Below, piece after piece: positions 1 through 8,764 of a stretch of 55,171 nucleotides of DNA; position 1 is the first letter of the stretch; each line of letters begins with the position of its first letter. A program made the position numbers and the translations under genes. The notes beneath the pieces are model-generated. The model saw nothing but the letters and a program-made list of their open reading frames with translations, had not been told where the DNA came from and did no database searches. The stretch is from a virus, in IMG/VR virus record IMGVR_UViG_3300012971_000890, one strand, 5' to 3'.

Positions 1-210
1 CGCACTTGTCGAAGAACGCCTTGGCTTCCTGAATCTGGGCGAAGTCGTGGCGGTCCCAGGAGTAGCGTTTGTCGCCTTCTTTCTCGGTCATCACGCGGAA
101 ACAGCCGCAGCCGGCGGGCGCGGTGTTGTCGTGAAGTTCAGGGAGCGCCGTCTTGATGGCGACGACGCCCTTGCCGCCTTTGAACACTGGCAGTTCCAGC
201 ACGTTATCCA
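1..210 (-). CDS. hypothetical protein, C-terminal part cut by window start (MDNVLELPVFKGGKGVVAIKTALPELHDN...)
   Basis: Open minus-strand frame from ATG at 208-210 running off the window edge; start overlaps stop of the next gene. Confidence 0.4.
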
Positions 211-554
211 TCGCCTTGACCTCCACCGAAGTATTCAAACCACAGTTCGCGCATCCGCACGTCGCGGATGTGATCCGCAGATTCAATCACCGAGCCGTCG
301 CGGGCGTTTGCCTTGATCCTGCTGCTGAACGGCTCCTTGGAGTAGGCCGACTTGGGGACGTGGACTTCCTCCTCATACGACCCCTGGAGGCCGTCATTAT
401 ATTCCACGATCTGGCCGTCCTTGGTTGCGCGGGGGTGAGGATGCCCGCAGTTGGGGCAGCACATCTTGATCTTGATGTTGAGGGCCATGTCCAGCTTGAC
501 CCGGAAGTACCCGGAGCAGTCGTTGCAGTAGAATTCTTGCCAGATTTTAGCCAC
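204..554 (-). CDS. small zinc-ribbon protein (CxxC ... CPNCGH)
   Basis: 116-aa ORF with two Cys pairs; packed between neighbours. Confidence 0.5.
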   Translation of the reverse strand: MAKIWQEFYCNDCSGYFRVKLDMALNIKIKMCCPNCGHPHPRATKDGQIVEYNDGLQGSYEEEVHVPKSAYSKEPFSSRIKANARDGSVIESADHIRDVRMRELWFEYFGGGQGDG

Positions 555-834
555 AGCACTCTCCGTTGCCTTGCGCCAGGATGAGATGTTTCAGAAGCTC
601 GAAGTAGGTCCGAGCCAGGGGGTGGTTTTTCCGCTCACTGTACCTGGCGCGAAGCATGAACACGTCCAGGGGTTCGTGGTCGGTAAAGCGGAAGAACCGG
701 CGAGCGTTCAACTCGTCCGGCGCATCAGCGTCAAACGAACCGACCACAGGCGGGGGCGGCGACGGTGCCACCGACCGGGGCCGGTAGGCAGCACCGTAGT
801 AGAACACGCCGTCCTCGTAAACGCCGTCTGGCAT
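547..834 (-). CDS. hypothetical protein
   Basis: 95-aa ORF, overlaps neighbours by a few nt. Confidence 0.45.
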   Translation of the reverse strand: MPDGVYEDGVFYYGAAYRPRSVAPSPPPPVVGSFDADAPDELNARRFFRFTDHEPLDVFMLRARYSERKNHPLARTYFELLKHLILAQGNGECCG

Positions 835-835
835 G

Positions 836-1393
836 TCATCCCTTCTTGATGTTCAACATGCCCGTCAGCATCCGCCCGACGTGGACGGGCCGGAGTTGAG
901 CATAGCATTCCACCACGTTGCCGTCAAGATACGGCGTGAACGTGAGCAGGGTGTTGAACTTCTGGTCGAGGTAGTTGCAGACCTGGAGCATCTGGATTTG
1001 CCGCAGCAGGAAGTAGTAGTCGGCCACCGGGATGGCGGCTTTGAGCCGGTTGGCGTCGTCGTGGAAGTGGACTTCCGCCCCGCTCAGGTGGAAGCGGAGG
1101 GTCTGCTGGGCCGGAGCGCCAGCAGGCGGGGCAGGCGGCGGTTGCTCGGCCTGTTGTCCGGCGACCGGCGGGGAGGCCGTCGCCTGCTGCGCGGCCCCAG
1201 GGGGCTGCTGGATGATGGTTTCGCCGCCCTTGTCGCCGGGGCCTTGTTGCTGCACGGTCGATTCATACTGACCGCCCATGTTCTTGCTCCTTTTCTTCTT
1301 CTTGGGGTTAACCCGCGAATGAGCTTGCTTGCTCGTCTTCCGGGTACGGGTCTTGCTCGTCTTGCTGGTGCTGCTTTTCTTGGTCATGTTCAC
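836..1393 (-). CDS. hypothetical protein with Lys/Ser/Thr-rich basic N-terminus (likely ATG start at 1387)
   Basis: 185-aa ORF; track start is GTG, in-frame ATG 2 codons later; low-complexity basic N-term followed by a globular C-terminal region. Confidence 0.45.
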   Translation of the reverse strand: MNMTKKSSTSKTSKTRTRKTSKQAHSRVNPKKKKRSKNMGGQYESTVQQQGPGDKGGETIIQQPPGAAQQATASPPVAGQQAEQPPPAPPAGAPAQQTLRFHLSGAEVHFHDDANRLKAAIPVADYYFLLRQIQMLQVCNYLDQKFNTLLTFTPYLDGNVVECYAQLRPVHVGRMLTGMLNIKKG

Positions 1394-1635
1394 CCCGCGA
1401 ATGAGTCGTCTTGTTCGTCCTCCGGTTCAAAGCCAAAGCGTTTGGCCACGTCCGCGTCTTCGGTGACCAGCATCGCATAGTCATCATCGGCACCACCCTG
1501 GAGGGTCACCACGCCTGTGGCCCGCATCTCTACCAACTCGGTAGCCGCAGCCTGAAGGCCCTGGATCATATCGCCCAGGGTCTTCGCCTCCAGGGTAAGG
1601 AACTTGTTACGCCAGGTCCGGGTGTACCGCATCAT
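1390..1635 (-). CDS. hypothetical protein
   Basis: 81-aa ORF ending ...EDEQDDSFAG; stop abuts next start. Confidence 0.45.
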   Translation of the reverse strand: MMRYTRTWRNKFLTLEAKTLGDMIQGLQAAATELVEMRATGVVTLQGGADDDYAMLVTEDADVAKRFGFEPEDEQDDSFAG

Positions 1636-1865
1636 CGGTTTACTCCGTGGGAGGAATCGGGGGAATCTGCACCGGCAACTCCTCGCGGGCGTGTGTCACC
1701 CCTGGGATCGCCTGCACCTTGGCGAGCAGGTCCGGGCTGGGAATCTCGCAGGTGATGATGTTGAGGGCGTCCATGCTTTGGATATTGTCGCGCCCAGGTC
1801 CGTCAAGTGGGCTTCCACGAGGGCGGGTTCCATCGCGTCGTCCAGGGTCATGACGATTCCGGTCA

Positions 1866-2072
1866 TTACAGTGCCCTCCACAGATAATAGCCAGCGATTG
1901 CCAGCAACAGCAGTGCGAAGATAAAGACGTGGTATACTGCTACCACGATGAGAAGCGAGTAGGCGCTCCGAAGTGTAGCTTTCATGCCCTCCTTGAAAGG
2001 GGCGTCGTAGTCTCGTTCCCACCACAACGCCCGTTGAATGTGAAACCAGTACCAGGACCAGAACCGCTTCAT
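1866..2072 (-). CDS. small membrane protein (one C-terminal TM helix)
   Basis: Internal ATG at 2072 gives an ATGA overlap with the upstream gene stop at 2069; hydrophobic stretch LLIVVAVYHVFIFALLLLAIAGYYLW. Confidence 0.4.
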   Translation of the reverse strand: MKRFWSWYWFHIQRALWWERDYDAPFKEGMKATLRSAYSLLIVVAVYHVFIFALLLLAIAGYYLWRAL

Positions 2073-2272
2073 TGCTTTTGACGCTTGTGGTGACACACCG
2101 AACAATATGTGCTGATTTGGCGATATTTTTGCTTGTCGGAGTCCCACTCACGCAGGACATAACAGCAGCCGCAGTCTTTGCAGACACGCGGCGGCTCATT
2201 GGCACCGGGCGGCAGGGGCGGGAAAAGCTGGCGGGCGAGATCGGATTGCCAGAAGGTATCCACGTCAATCAT
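2069..2272 (-). CDS. small Cys-rich (zinc-binding) protein
   Basis: 67 aa with CKDCGCC ... CSVCHH. Confidence 0.4.
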   Translation of the reverse strand: MIDVDTFWQSDLARQLFPPLPPGANEPPRVCKDCGCCYVLREWDSDKQKYRQISTYCSVCHHKRQKQ

Positions 2273-2540
2273 GGTTGCTCCACGGTGGTTGCCCGGCGCA
2301 GAAGTTCCTCGACCTCCTTGGCGATGCGCTTCCGCTCCTCCGGGTCGTTGTTGTACTTTTCGAGAGCTTCCTCGGCTTCCAGAACAGCGTCAGGGCTGGG
2401 GGCTAAAAGTGAAGCCTCCAAGACCGCCTTGAAGTTGCGCCAGTGTTCCAGGGGGATGGTGACGACATCCCCTTCCTCCTTCGCCAACGCAAGGAGATAC
2501 ACGGCAGCACGAGCCACAGCTACGAGACTGGCTTCCATCA
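2269..2540 (-). CDS. hypothetical protein (start MEASLV...)
   Basis: ATG at 2540 forms an ATGA overlap with the stop of the 2538..3206 gene; a longer N-terminal extension would overlap that gene by 105 nt. Confidence 0.4.
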
Positions 2541-3206
2541 GATCGTCTCCCCAGGGCGCGGGTCCACGAAGGATTTCGATTCGTACCACAACTCTGGCGG
2601 CAGGGACAGGGTGCCGTTCGGGTATTCCTTCATGATCTGGCACTGGTACTCATTGGGCTGCCAGCCGGCCTCGACCTTCTCGATGGCGAATAGCGCCTCG
2701 GCCTCGAAGGCATAGGCGAGTTTCAGCGAGTCCACCGACAGCCGCCCGTTATAATAGTCCCGCGCCTGGCTGCTGGTGCAAACAACGCCGCCGAATTGCA
2801 TGATCGGGTCTTTGAGCAGTTGATCGAGCCAGTTGTCGGGGATCATAAAGCAGGCGTACTTGCCTTGCTCGATGGTCTTCTTTTCAAAATTCGCGCCACG
2901 GCCTTCCCCGACGAAGGAAATAGTGCCGGTCGGGGTGGGGCCGATGCAGGCGGGAATGACGCGATTGCCGACCAGGCCCCAGATGAGTTTGCCGAGATTT
3001 CGGACACGCTCGCTCAGGAACGGGGTGCGGCGCATCAGGTCCACGAAGGTGGTGAAGCTGTTGCCGGTGATGATGACTTTCTGCCGAAGGCGGGCCATCT
3101 TCGGCGTCGTGTCCGATTCCGGCATGTCTTCGATGTGCAACGGCTGGCCGAAAATCTTCCCGAATATCGTGCCCGCCGTCGAAACTTTCGGCTGTTTCGG
3201 GAACAT
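2538..3206 (-). CDS. hypothetical protein, 222 aa
   Basis: Long clean ORF; no motif recognised. Confidence 0.5.
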   Translation of the reverse strand: MFPKQPKVSTAGTIFGKIFGQPLHIEDMPESDTTPKMARLRQKVIITGNSFTTFVDLMRRTPFLSERVRNLGKLIWGLVGNRVIPACIGPTPTGTISFVGEGRGANFEKKTIEQGKYACFMIPDNWLDQLLKDPIMQFGGVVCTSSQARDYYNGRLSVDSLKLAYAFEAEALFAIEKVEAGWQPNEYQCQIMKEYPNGTLSLPPELWYESKSFVDPRPGETI

Positions 3207-3265
3207 GGTTCTTATTCCGCAAAGAAGGGGCCGGGGGCGCGAACGCCCCCGGCGTTAGGTGCGGT

Positions 3266-5314
3266 TTACTGACGCTGTTCCTCACCCCCGTTCTCACCGT
3301 CCACCCACGAGACGGTCAGGGCCTTGAGGGCTTCGGTCAGGGCGTTCTCTGCCTCCTTGACAGCTTTCTTCAGGGCCGGCACCTTCTCACGTTCGAGCGA
3401 GTGGATGTCCTTCTCGTTGGTGGCCAACTCCTGACGCCAGGTGTCCACCTGGGCACCACTCCCGCCCGATTTGACCAGTTCCAGCTTGCGGGCCTGTTCG
3501 CGGGAGAGAACCTGAACCTCCTGCTCCGCGTCACGGACCTTCTCGTTGGCCTCCGTGACCTTGTTGAACAGGTCGATGACGTTGGTGATCTTGCGGGACT
3601 TCACCAGCTTCTCCGGCGGGTTGTCCACTTCGAGGACCGAACGCAGGAACCACTGGAAGTTCTGAACCGGACTCTCATACAGGATGATGGTCTGGCTGAT
3701 CGGGTACGTCTCCTGCACCCGGACTTCCAGTTGGCCCTTGCCTGGCAGCTTGGCCGGGATGCGCAGGCCGTTCTCCAGGGCGGCGGTCGGGCCACTGTTG
3801 CCCTTGACCTGGAACGTGGTACGGGCGTCACCGATCTGGCGGGGATGCTCCACTTCCACGTTGAAGGTTTCGGGTTTGCTGTTGTTGAAGCGGTAGACCG
3901 TCTCGTGCGTATTCACATTGTCGATGACCACCGTGCCCTTGGTGATCTCGATGCGCACCCGACGATCACTGGTGCTGCCGCCGTTGGAGCCAGGCGGGTT
4001 CTTGAAGACGCGGACGCCGTTCTCGCGGGCGTGCGGCAGGGTGCGCTCCTCGCCGGGCTTGGTGGCCTCCAGCACGACCTGGCCCTGGTACACGTCGTCG
4101 GAATAAACCGTGCAGCTTCCCTTGCCGAGCGAGTATTCCGTGGTGTTTTTGAATTTCACCGCACGGTAGGGTCGCTTGGCGTCGGCCTGCTCCTTATAGA
4201 GCAGCAACACCTGGCCCTGGGCGTCCGCCTGGAACAGTGGGATGACCGCCGAACGCTTGCGCCCGATATTGACGGGGTTCTTGCTGGTGTAGATGGCGAA
4301 GTCGCCCACGTCGCTGACAACGGCACCGCCGCCCTCGGCGCGAGCCATTTCCGGCACTTCCGCGAACGCTGCCGCCGCCGGAGCCGCCATCGGGCGTGCC
4401 GCACCGAACGCCTGTGCTTTGGCCGTCCGGGCGGCACCGCCACGGGCGCGGACCCCGGAATCCTCCAACTCGGCCACTTCGTTGGACCATTGCGGCAGGG
4501 CGTCTTCCGCACCGACAGCGCCGGTCGCCATGTCGCTGATGATATTGACGCGCTGGCGACGGGGCTTGCGCACGTCGGCCAGGTCCGTCTCGAAGGTGTT
4601 GGGGTCGCCGGTGGCGCACGACACGATGTAGTCGTTCAGGTCTTCGTCGGTGGGGTTATCGACCTTGGCGCTGGCCTCGATCTCGCACTTGCCGTTCTTG
4701 AGACGGAGTTGGTAGACCATCTGCCAGGCCGAGAAGGGGATGGTCAACTGGTAGAGGACCGGCTCGTTGCCCTTGGCTTCGCCATCGGGGGCCAGACCGA
4801 TGCTGACCAGAGTGCTTTCGGGGTTGATGGTCGCGTAGTTGCGCTCCAGGGCCTTCTTGATCTCCTGCTGCACCACGTCATCGAGGAAGCGGAGCGACTT
4901 CACGTCGGCGTCGTTGTAGGTATAGCAGCGACCGTCTTCGCCGTAGACCGCCACGCGGTAGCGCTCGACCACCGCCTCGCCCACACGCTCCTCGTAGGGC
5001 TGGAGGCCGAGGAGGGTGCCCTTCATGCCCTCCCCGCCGCGTTCCTCGACCTGGACCTTGGCCCCGCTCAGCTTCGTGGCCAGGTCGCGGGTGACGTTGT
5101 TGGGGTCCACCGTCAACAGCTTCTCCGCGTCAGCCACGGGGTAGGAGGGCGGCTCGGTGATGCGGACGTTGCCGAACACCGCGAGGGTGGCCAGGGCGTC
5201 ACCGAGGCTGGTGCGCTTCACCGGGATTTGAACGGTGGTCTTCTCTTTCACCGCCGGGAGGCTCCGGGTGAAGTGGGCCATCCCGTTCGAGAAAATCGTC
5301 AAGTAATTACTCAT
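3266..5314 (-). CDS. large hypothetical protein (682 aa) with C-terminal coiled coil
   Basis: Longest ORF in the region; Ala/Gly-rich linker in the middle; heptad-like charged C-terminus (EKVRDAEQEVQVLSREQARKLE...). Confidence 0.55.
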   Translation of the reverse strand: MSNYLTIFSNGMAHFTRSLPAVKEKTTVQIPVKRTSLGDALATLAVFGNVRITEPPSYPVADAEKLLTVDPNNVTRDLATKLSGAKVQVEERGGEGMKGTLLGLQPYEERVGEAVVERYRVAVYGEDGRCYTYNDADVKSLRFLDDVVQQEIKKALERNYATINPESTLVSIGLAPDGEAKGNEPVLYQLTIPFSAWQMVYQLRLKNGKCEIEASAKVDNPTDEDLNDYIVSCATGDPNTFETDLADVRKPRRQRVNIISDMATGAVGAEDALPQWSNEVAELEDSGVRARGGAARTAKAQAFGAARPMAAPAAAAFAEVPEMARAEGGGAVVSDVGDFAIYTSKNPVNIGRKRSAVIPLFQADAQGQVLLLYKEQADAKRPYRAVKFKNTTEYSLGKGSCTVYSDDVYQGQVVLEATKPGEERTLPHARENGVRVFKNPPGSNGGSTSDRRVRIEITKGTVVIDNVNTHETVYRFNNSKPETFNVEVEHPRQIGDARTTFQVKGNSGPTAALENGLRIPAKLPGKGQLEVRVQETYPISQTIILYESPVQNFQWFLRSVLEVDNPPEKLVKSRKITNVIDLFNKVTEANEKVRDAEQEVQVLSREQARKLELVKSGGSGAQVDTWRQELATNEKDIHSLEREKVPALKKAVKEAENALTEALKALTVSWVDGENGGEEQRQ

Positions 5315-5335
5315 GCTTCCGTACTCCGAAAAGGT

Positions 5336-5941
5336 TCAGAAACTTCCATCATGGAGAATCACCGCCCCTGGCAAGCAAATGTCAAGCTCGTCAAGGTCGT
5401 ACTTCTTCTCCTCCCCCACCATCAGCCCCTTCTTGTCCAGCGCCGCGTCCACCAGCTTCCTTGCCTCCTTTCGGTTGTTGGCGACAACCACGGCGGTCAC
5501 ACCGACCGGCCACCTGCCGATGAAATTGGTAACGGTGAAAACCTTCAAGGGTTGCCTCTTGTAGTTGAAGGGGAACAACTCCAGCCCGTCGCAGAGCGGC
5601 TTGCCGACCGGGTGGAAGCTCCACCAGTAGCGTTTCTGTTTGTTGGGCACGATGACTTCAACGTGGGTCATGTCCATGATGACGATGTTGAAGCGACTTT
5701 TCTCGCCCTCGTACTGAAGGTCCAGAAGGCCGGTCGCGCCCTTCTTGATGATATTGTTGTTGAACCAAACGTCAACCTGTAACTCGCCGGTGGCCCGTAC
5801 TCCATCGTCGTAAGCCCCGGTGTCGTCCTCAGCCCACTCGTCGTCTTCCTTGGTCACCACTTCGAGTTGGACCTTTGCCTCGATCTGGCGGTGCGCCCCG
5901 ATAGTCAGCCCGCCCTTGTCGAACGTGTGGAAATCTCGCAC
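5336..5941 (-). CDS. hypothetical protein (GTG start, RBS AGAAAGGGG)
   Basis: 201-aa ORF directly downstream of a TTTACA promoter copy; strong Shine-Dalgarno before GTG. Confidence 0.5.
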   Translation of the reverse strand: MRDFHTFDKGGLTIGAHRQIEAKVQLEVVTKEDDEWAEDDTGAYDDGVRATGELQVDVWFNNNIIKKGATGLLDLQYEGEKSRFNIVIMDMTHVEVIVPNKQKRYWWSFHPVGKPLCDGLELFPFNYKRQPLKVFTVTNFIGRWPVGVTAVVVANNRKEARKLVDAALDKKGLMVGEEKKYDLDELDICLPGAVILHDGSF

Positions 5942-5969
5942 GGTAGCCCCTTTCTGTTGCCGCTACCGC

Positions 5970-5999
5970 ATTTTACTGACGGGTGGGACCGATTGTAAA
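5970..5999 (-). promoter_or_regulatory. phage promoter, TTTACA(AT)-N18-TAAAAT
   Basis: Minus-strand GAGTTTACAATCGG...TAAAAT about 30 nt upstream of the 5336..5941 gene. Confidence 0.6.
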
Positions 6000-6000
6000 C

Positions 6001-6414
6001 TCAGATCGTCTTCTTGTCAACGATCAGGGCGACCTGGGTGCGTTTACTCCAGCAGAAGCTCTGATAGAGGTACACCCGCTCGCGTTCCGGCTCGCGGCAA
6101 GCGGCGATGTCCCCCAGGTAGCTGCTGGGGTCGATGCGGATGTGGCGGATCGGCCCGCAGGGATACATCAGCAGGACCAGCCGCCACTTGCCGGTCTTGC
6201 TTTTGCTGTACCCCAGCACAGTCCCCTTCTTGTAGCGGTTATTGACGACCACGCCGATAACGTTTCCCGGCTGGAACAGGTCAAGGACGACCTCGATTTG
6301 GCACAACTCGCTGCGCCGCTCGCACTTGCCGGTGAGCAGGGTGTCGTCAATCTCCCCCTGGAGAACCCGCTTCGCTTCCTTCTGCGACATGAAGTCTGCC
6401 ACCTTCGTCTGCAT
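6001..6414 (-). CDS. hypothetical protein (start MQTKVADF...)
   Basis: ATG at 6414 preceded by GGAAGGAGGAGAGG; the track's longer N-terminal extension runs through an AT-rich intergenic region. Confidence 0.45.
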   Translation of the reverse strand: MQTKVADFMSQKEAKRVLQGEIDDTLLTGKCERRSELCQIEVVLDLFQPGNVIGVVVNNRYKKGTVLGYSKSKTGKWRLVLLMYPCGPIRHIRIDPSSYLGDIAACREPERERVYLYQSFCWSKRTQVALIVDKKTI

Positions 6415-6494
6415 ATCGCCTCTCCTCCTTCCGTTGCCCCTATCCATAAAGGGCGTCAAACCACGCCGCCGGTGCAGGAATTCTCGAATTTCTC

Positions 6495-6526
6495 CTAAAA
6501 AGAAGACGGGCGGCGTTCCACCCGTT
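6495..6526 (-). terminator. rho-independent terminator (minus strand)
   Basis: Hairpin ACGGGUGG-AACG-CCGCCCGU followed by CUUCUUUUU. Confidence 0.5.
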
Positions 6527-6683
6527 ACAGTTAATAGCCCTTGCCCCCGGAATTTTTCCCACCAACAGGAAACGCCTGAGAGGGCATTCCGGTGACAGAC
6601 AATATTCGTTTTTGGAGGAGATTTTTCCCGCCCAATAGTATACGGTCGCTGAGGATCGTTGTTTCTCCCTGGGGCGCAAGAAT

Positions 6684-6968
6684 TTAGCGCGGAGGCCCCT
6701 TGCCCTTGTCCTCGTCGTCCCGCTCCCAGGGCGGCGGCTCGCCCCGTAACCACCAGTGTTCCTTGTCGTCTACTTTGCTATCTGGGGGCTTGGGCACCGC
6801 GACCTTTACGAAGAAAACCATCAGGCCGAAGCAGACGCCGAACCCCAGGCCGAAGGCCAGGACAAGTCGGCTGGTGGATGCCTCCACCCCGGTAGCTGCT
6901 AGAAGTGAGCCGAGAAGCAATCCCAGCATAAAGCTGATCCATGCCTTAAATAAGACGTGCATTTCCAT
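6684..6968 (-). CDS. small two-TM membrane protein, holin-like topology
   Basis: Two hydrophobic helices then a charged C-terminal tail (DDKEHWWLRGEPPPWERDDEDKGKG); start at internal ATG (MEMHV). Confidence 0.4.
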   Translation of the reverse strand: MEMHVLFKAWISFMLGLLLGSLLAATGVEASTSRLVLAFGLGFGVCFGLMVFFVKVAVPKPPDSKVDDKEHWWLRGEPPPWERDDEDKGKGPPR

Positions 6969-6990
6969 GCACCTATATAGTGGCCGCAGC

Positions 6991-7032
6991 AAAAGACGAA
7001 AAAACCCCGGCAAGTTGTACACCTTGCCGGGG
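6991..7032 (-). terminator. rho-independent terminator (minus strand)
   Basis: 10-bp stem CCCCGGCAAG/CUUGCCGGGG followed by UUUUUUCGUCUUUU. Confidence 0.6.
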
Positions 7033-7191
7033 CACGGACATCAACTTTTGTCGGCGGTCCACGAACGAGGTTCATCGCCACGTTCGGTCTACAGACCTCC
7101 CAATAGCGTTCCTCCCCACAAGCAGGAGGCCGGCGCTATAGCTCCGCTCGAACGCTTCACCCCGCTTTCTAGGGTTGATGTCCTTTCCTAC

Positions 7192-7470
7192 TCAGTCGTC
7201 GGGCCAGTCGTTTTCTTTTGCCACGACGGCGTACACTTCGTCCAGTTTTAGTTTCAGGAGGCCGCACAGGCAGTTTGCCTTGATGAACGGGTACTCCTCG
7301 TTGTTACGCCCCCACAACCAGCCAAACGCGATCAGCAAAAACTCCCGCCCGTTCTTGGGCGAGTATTTATATTGCTCGCACAGCTTGCGGGATAACGCCT
7401 CCCAGCCCCGCTCCGGCCAGTCCAGGTAGTAGGCGTAGGCTTCGAGGAACGCCAGGATAAGCTCGTCCAT
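7192..7470 (-). CDS. hypothetical protein (start MDELILAF...)
   Basis: Internal ATG; the upstream part of the track ORF is an Arg/Ser-rich alternate frame of the neighbouring gene. Confidence 0.45.
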   Translation of the reverse strand: MDELILAFLEAYAYYLDWPERGWEALSRKLCEQYKYSPKNGREFLLIAFGWLWGRNNEEYPFIKANCLCGLLKLKLDEVYAVVAKENDWPDD

Positions 7471-7471
7471 G

Positions 7472-8047
7472 TTACACCCGATCAGCGACGGTGACCCAAT
7501 CCCGCCCATACGCGACGATCTCCCGCGCCTGGGTGATGGCCTGGTCCAGCGTGTAGCCGTTCTCCGGCTTGAAGGCGTTGTTACCTCCGGCGAGGTTGTG
7601 GACGAAGCGGTAGGCCGAGAGCGGCGGCTCCGGGCCGGCGCTGCCCAGGACAGCGACCACGATAAAGTCGAAGTCCTTGCAGCGCTCCACTTCGGCGGGG
7701 CTGCAATCGGGGTCGCTCGCATACGCCTGCTGCGTATAAACCACGACTTGCAACCTTTCGGTCTTGGTCGCGTACTTGCGGTCCACGAAAAGCGTCGGTC
7801 CCTCGCGGTACTCAACGATGTGGTAGCCCTCCAGGGGCACGTCCTGGCGGCGGGCCACCCCACAGATGACGGTGTGGAGTCCTTCGGGCACGTCCAACTT
7901 CATCTGACCGATGGCCGGGATGCACGTCGCGCCTTCAATGGCTTTGACCAAGTGACGCAGGAAGGCGTCCTGGGCACCGGCCACGATCTTGGAGCCGACG
8001 CACTTCTCCTGGGCGGCAGTGCAGATGTTGGAAAAGCCGATGTTCAT
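7472..8047 (-). CDS. hypothetical protein, 191 aa
   Basis: Clean ORF abutting 7470. Confidence 0.45.
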   Translation of the reverse strand: MNIGFSNICTAAQEKCVGSKIVAGAQDAFLRHLVKAIEGATCIPAIGQMKLDVPEGLHTVICGVARRQDVPLEGYHIVEYREGPTLFVDRKYATKTERLQVVVYTQQAYASDPDCSPAEVERCKDFDFIVVAVLGSAGPEPPLSAYRFVHNLAGGNNAFKPENGYTLDQAITQAREIVAYGRDWVTVADRV

Positions 8048-8304
8048 TCATTTTCTCCTTGGTAGGGCCGATATTGGTCGTCGGTTTCAAATGCCTGGGT
8101 CGTGGCTGCACCGAACTTCGCGTGTTCCGCCGAGGCTTTATTCGCCTCCTCGGCGCTGCTGTACGGCCCCATGTCGATCTCCTCCAGGTCCGCACGCAGA
8201 TACTTGTACCACCACTGCATCGAGACTCCTCCGTGGTCAGGTATTTCTCGCCCTCCGTCCTTCGTCGCCGGGGTGGCGTGGTTGCCGGGAGGGCCACTGG
8301 TCAA
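8044..8304 (-). CDS. small hypothetical protein (true start probably internal, about 8220)
   Basis: Overlaps the 3-prime end of 8237..8761 in another frame. Confidence 0.3.
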   Translation of the reverse strand: MTSGPPGNHATPATKDGGREIPDHGGVSMQWWYKYLRADLEEIDMGPYSSAEEANKASAEHAKFGAATTQAFETDDQYRPYQGENE

Positions 8305-8761
8305 GCACGCCTACAATCGCGTGGGTCACCCCCAACTGCCTGTCGGTGAACTTTGGCGCATTGTTCACCAACTCGGAAGTAATCCACAGGTTGTTCTCGC
8401 CATCGTATTTGTAGAAGTCGGTGTTATCGGCATCCGGCTCGCCCTCGTTCACCGACTCCGGGTAGGTGTCCTCGTAATTGCGGAGGGTCAGCACGACCAC
8501 ACCACGAGGGAAGGGCGTAAATTCCACCGTGTAGACCTGCTTGCCAACCAGACCAAACGGCAGGAAGGAGCAGTCCAGCCCCTCCTGGCGGTACTTGCCA
8601 CTTCGGACAGCCTCAACATTCTTGTCCCACTGGTCCACAGTCAGGCGCTCGACCGCGCCCCGGATAATGTGGATCAGGTGGTCGGCGTCACAGCCCAGCC
8701 GCCGGACAAAGTTCTTGGTCAGCAGCACTTTGTATTCGACTTCCGCGATCTTTTTGGGCAT
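8237..8761 (-). CDS. hypothetical protein
   Basis: 174-aa ORF. Confidence 0.45.
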   Translation of the reverse strand: MPKKIAEVEYKVLLTKNFVRRLGCDADHLIHIIRGAVERLTVDQWDKNVEAVRSGKYRQEGLDCSFLPFGLVGKQVYTVEFTPFPRGVVVLTLRNYEDTYPESVNEGEPDADNTDFYKYDGENNLWITSELVNNAPKFTDRQLGVTHAIVGVLDQWPSRQPRHPGDEGRRARNT

Positions 8762-8764
8762 GGG

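Noticed and set aside
1696-2268. 190-aa minus-strand ORF
   Set aside because: It spans three better-supported shorter genes in other frames and has Pro/Ser/Arg-rich composition. It was replaced by 1866..2072 and 2069..2272. A possible 44-aa ORF at 1640..1774 was not included because it is too short to be confident.
3401-5782. Very long plus-strand ORFs (3401..5782 793 aa, 18467..20344 625 aa, 21564..22958 464 aa, 31148..33397 749 aa, 12400..13545, 13671..14882, 39582..40733)
   Set aside because: All are antisense to well-supported minus-strand genes (ClpX, AAA ATPase, PARP-like, histidine kinase). Their translations are Ala/Gly/Arg/Val-rich and motif-free, typical of open antisense frames in 60% GC DNA.
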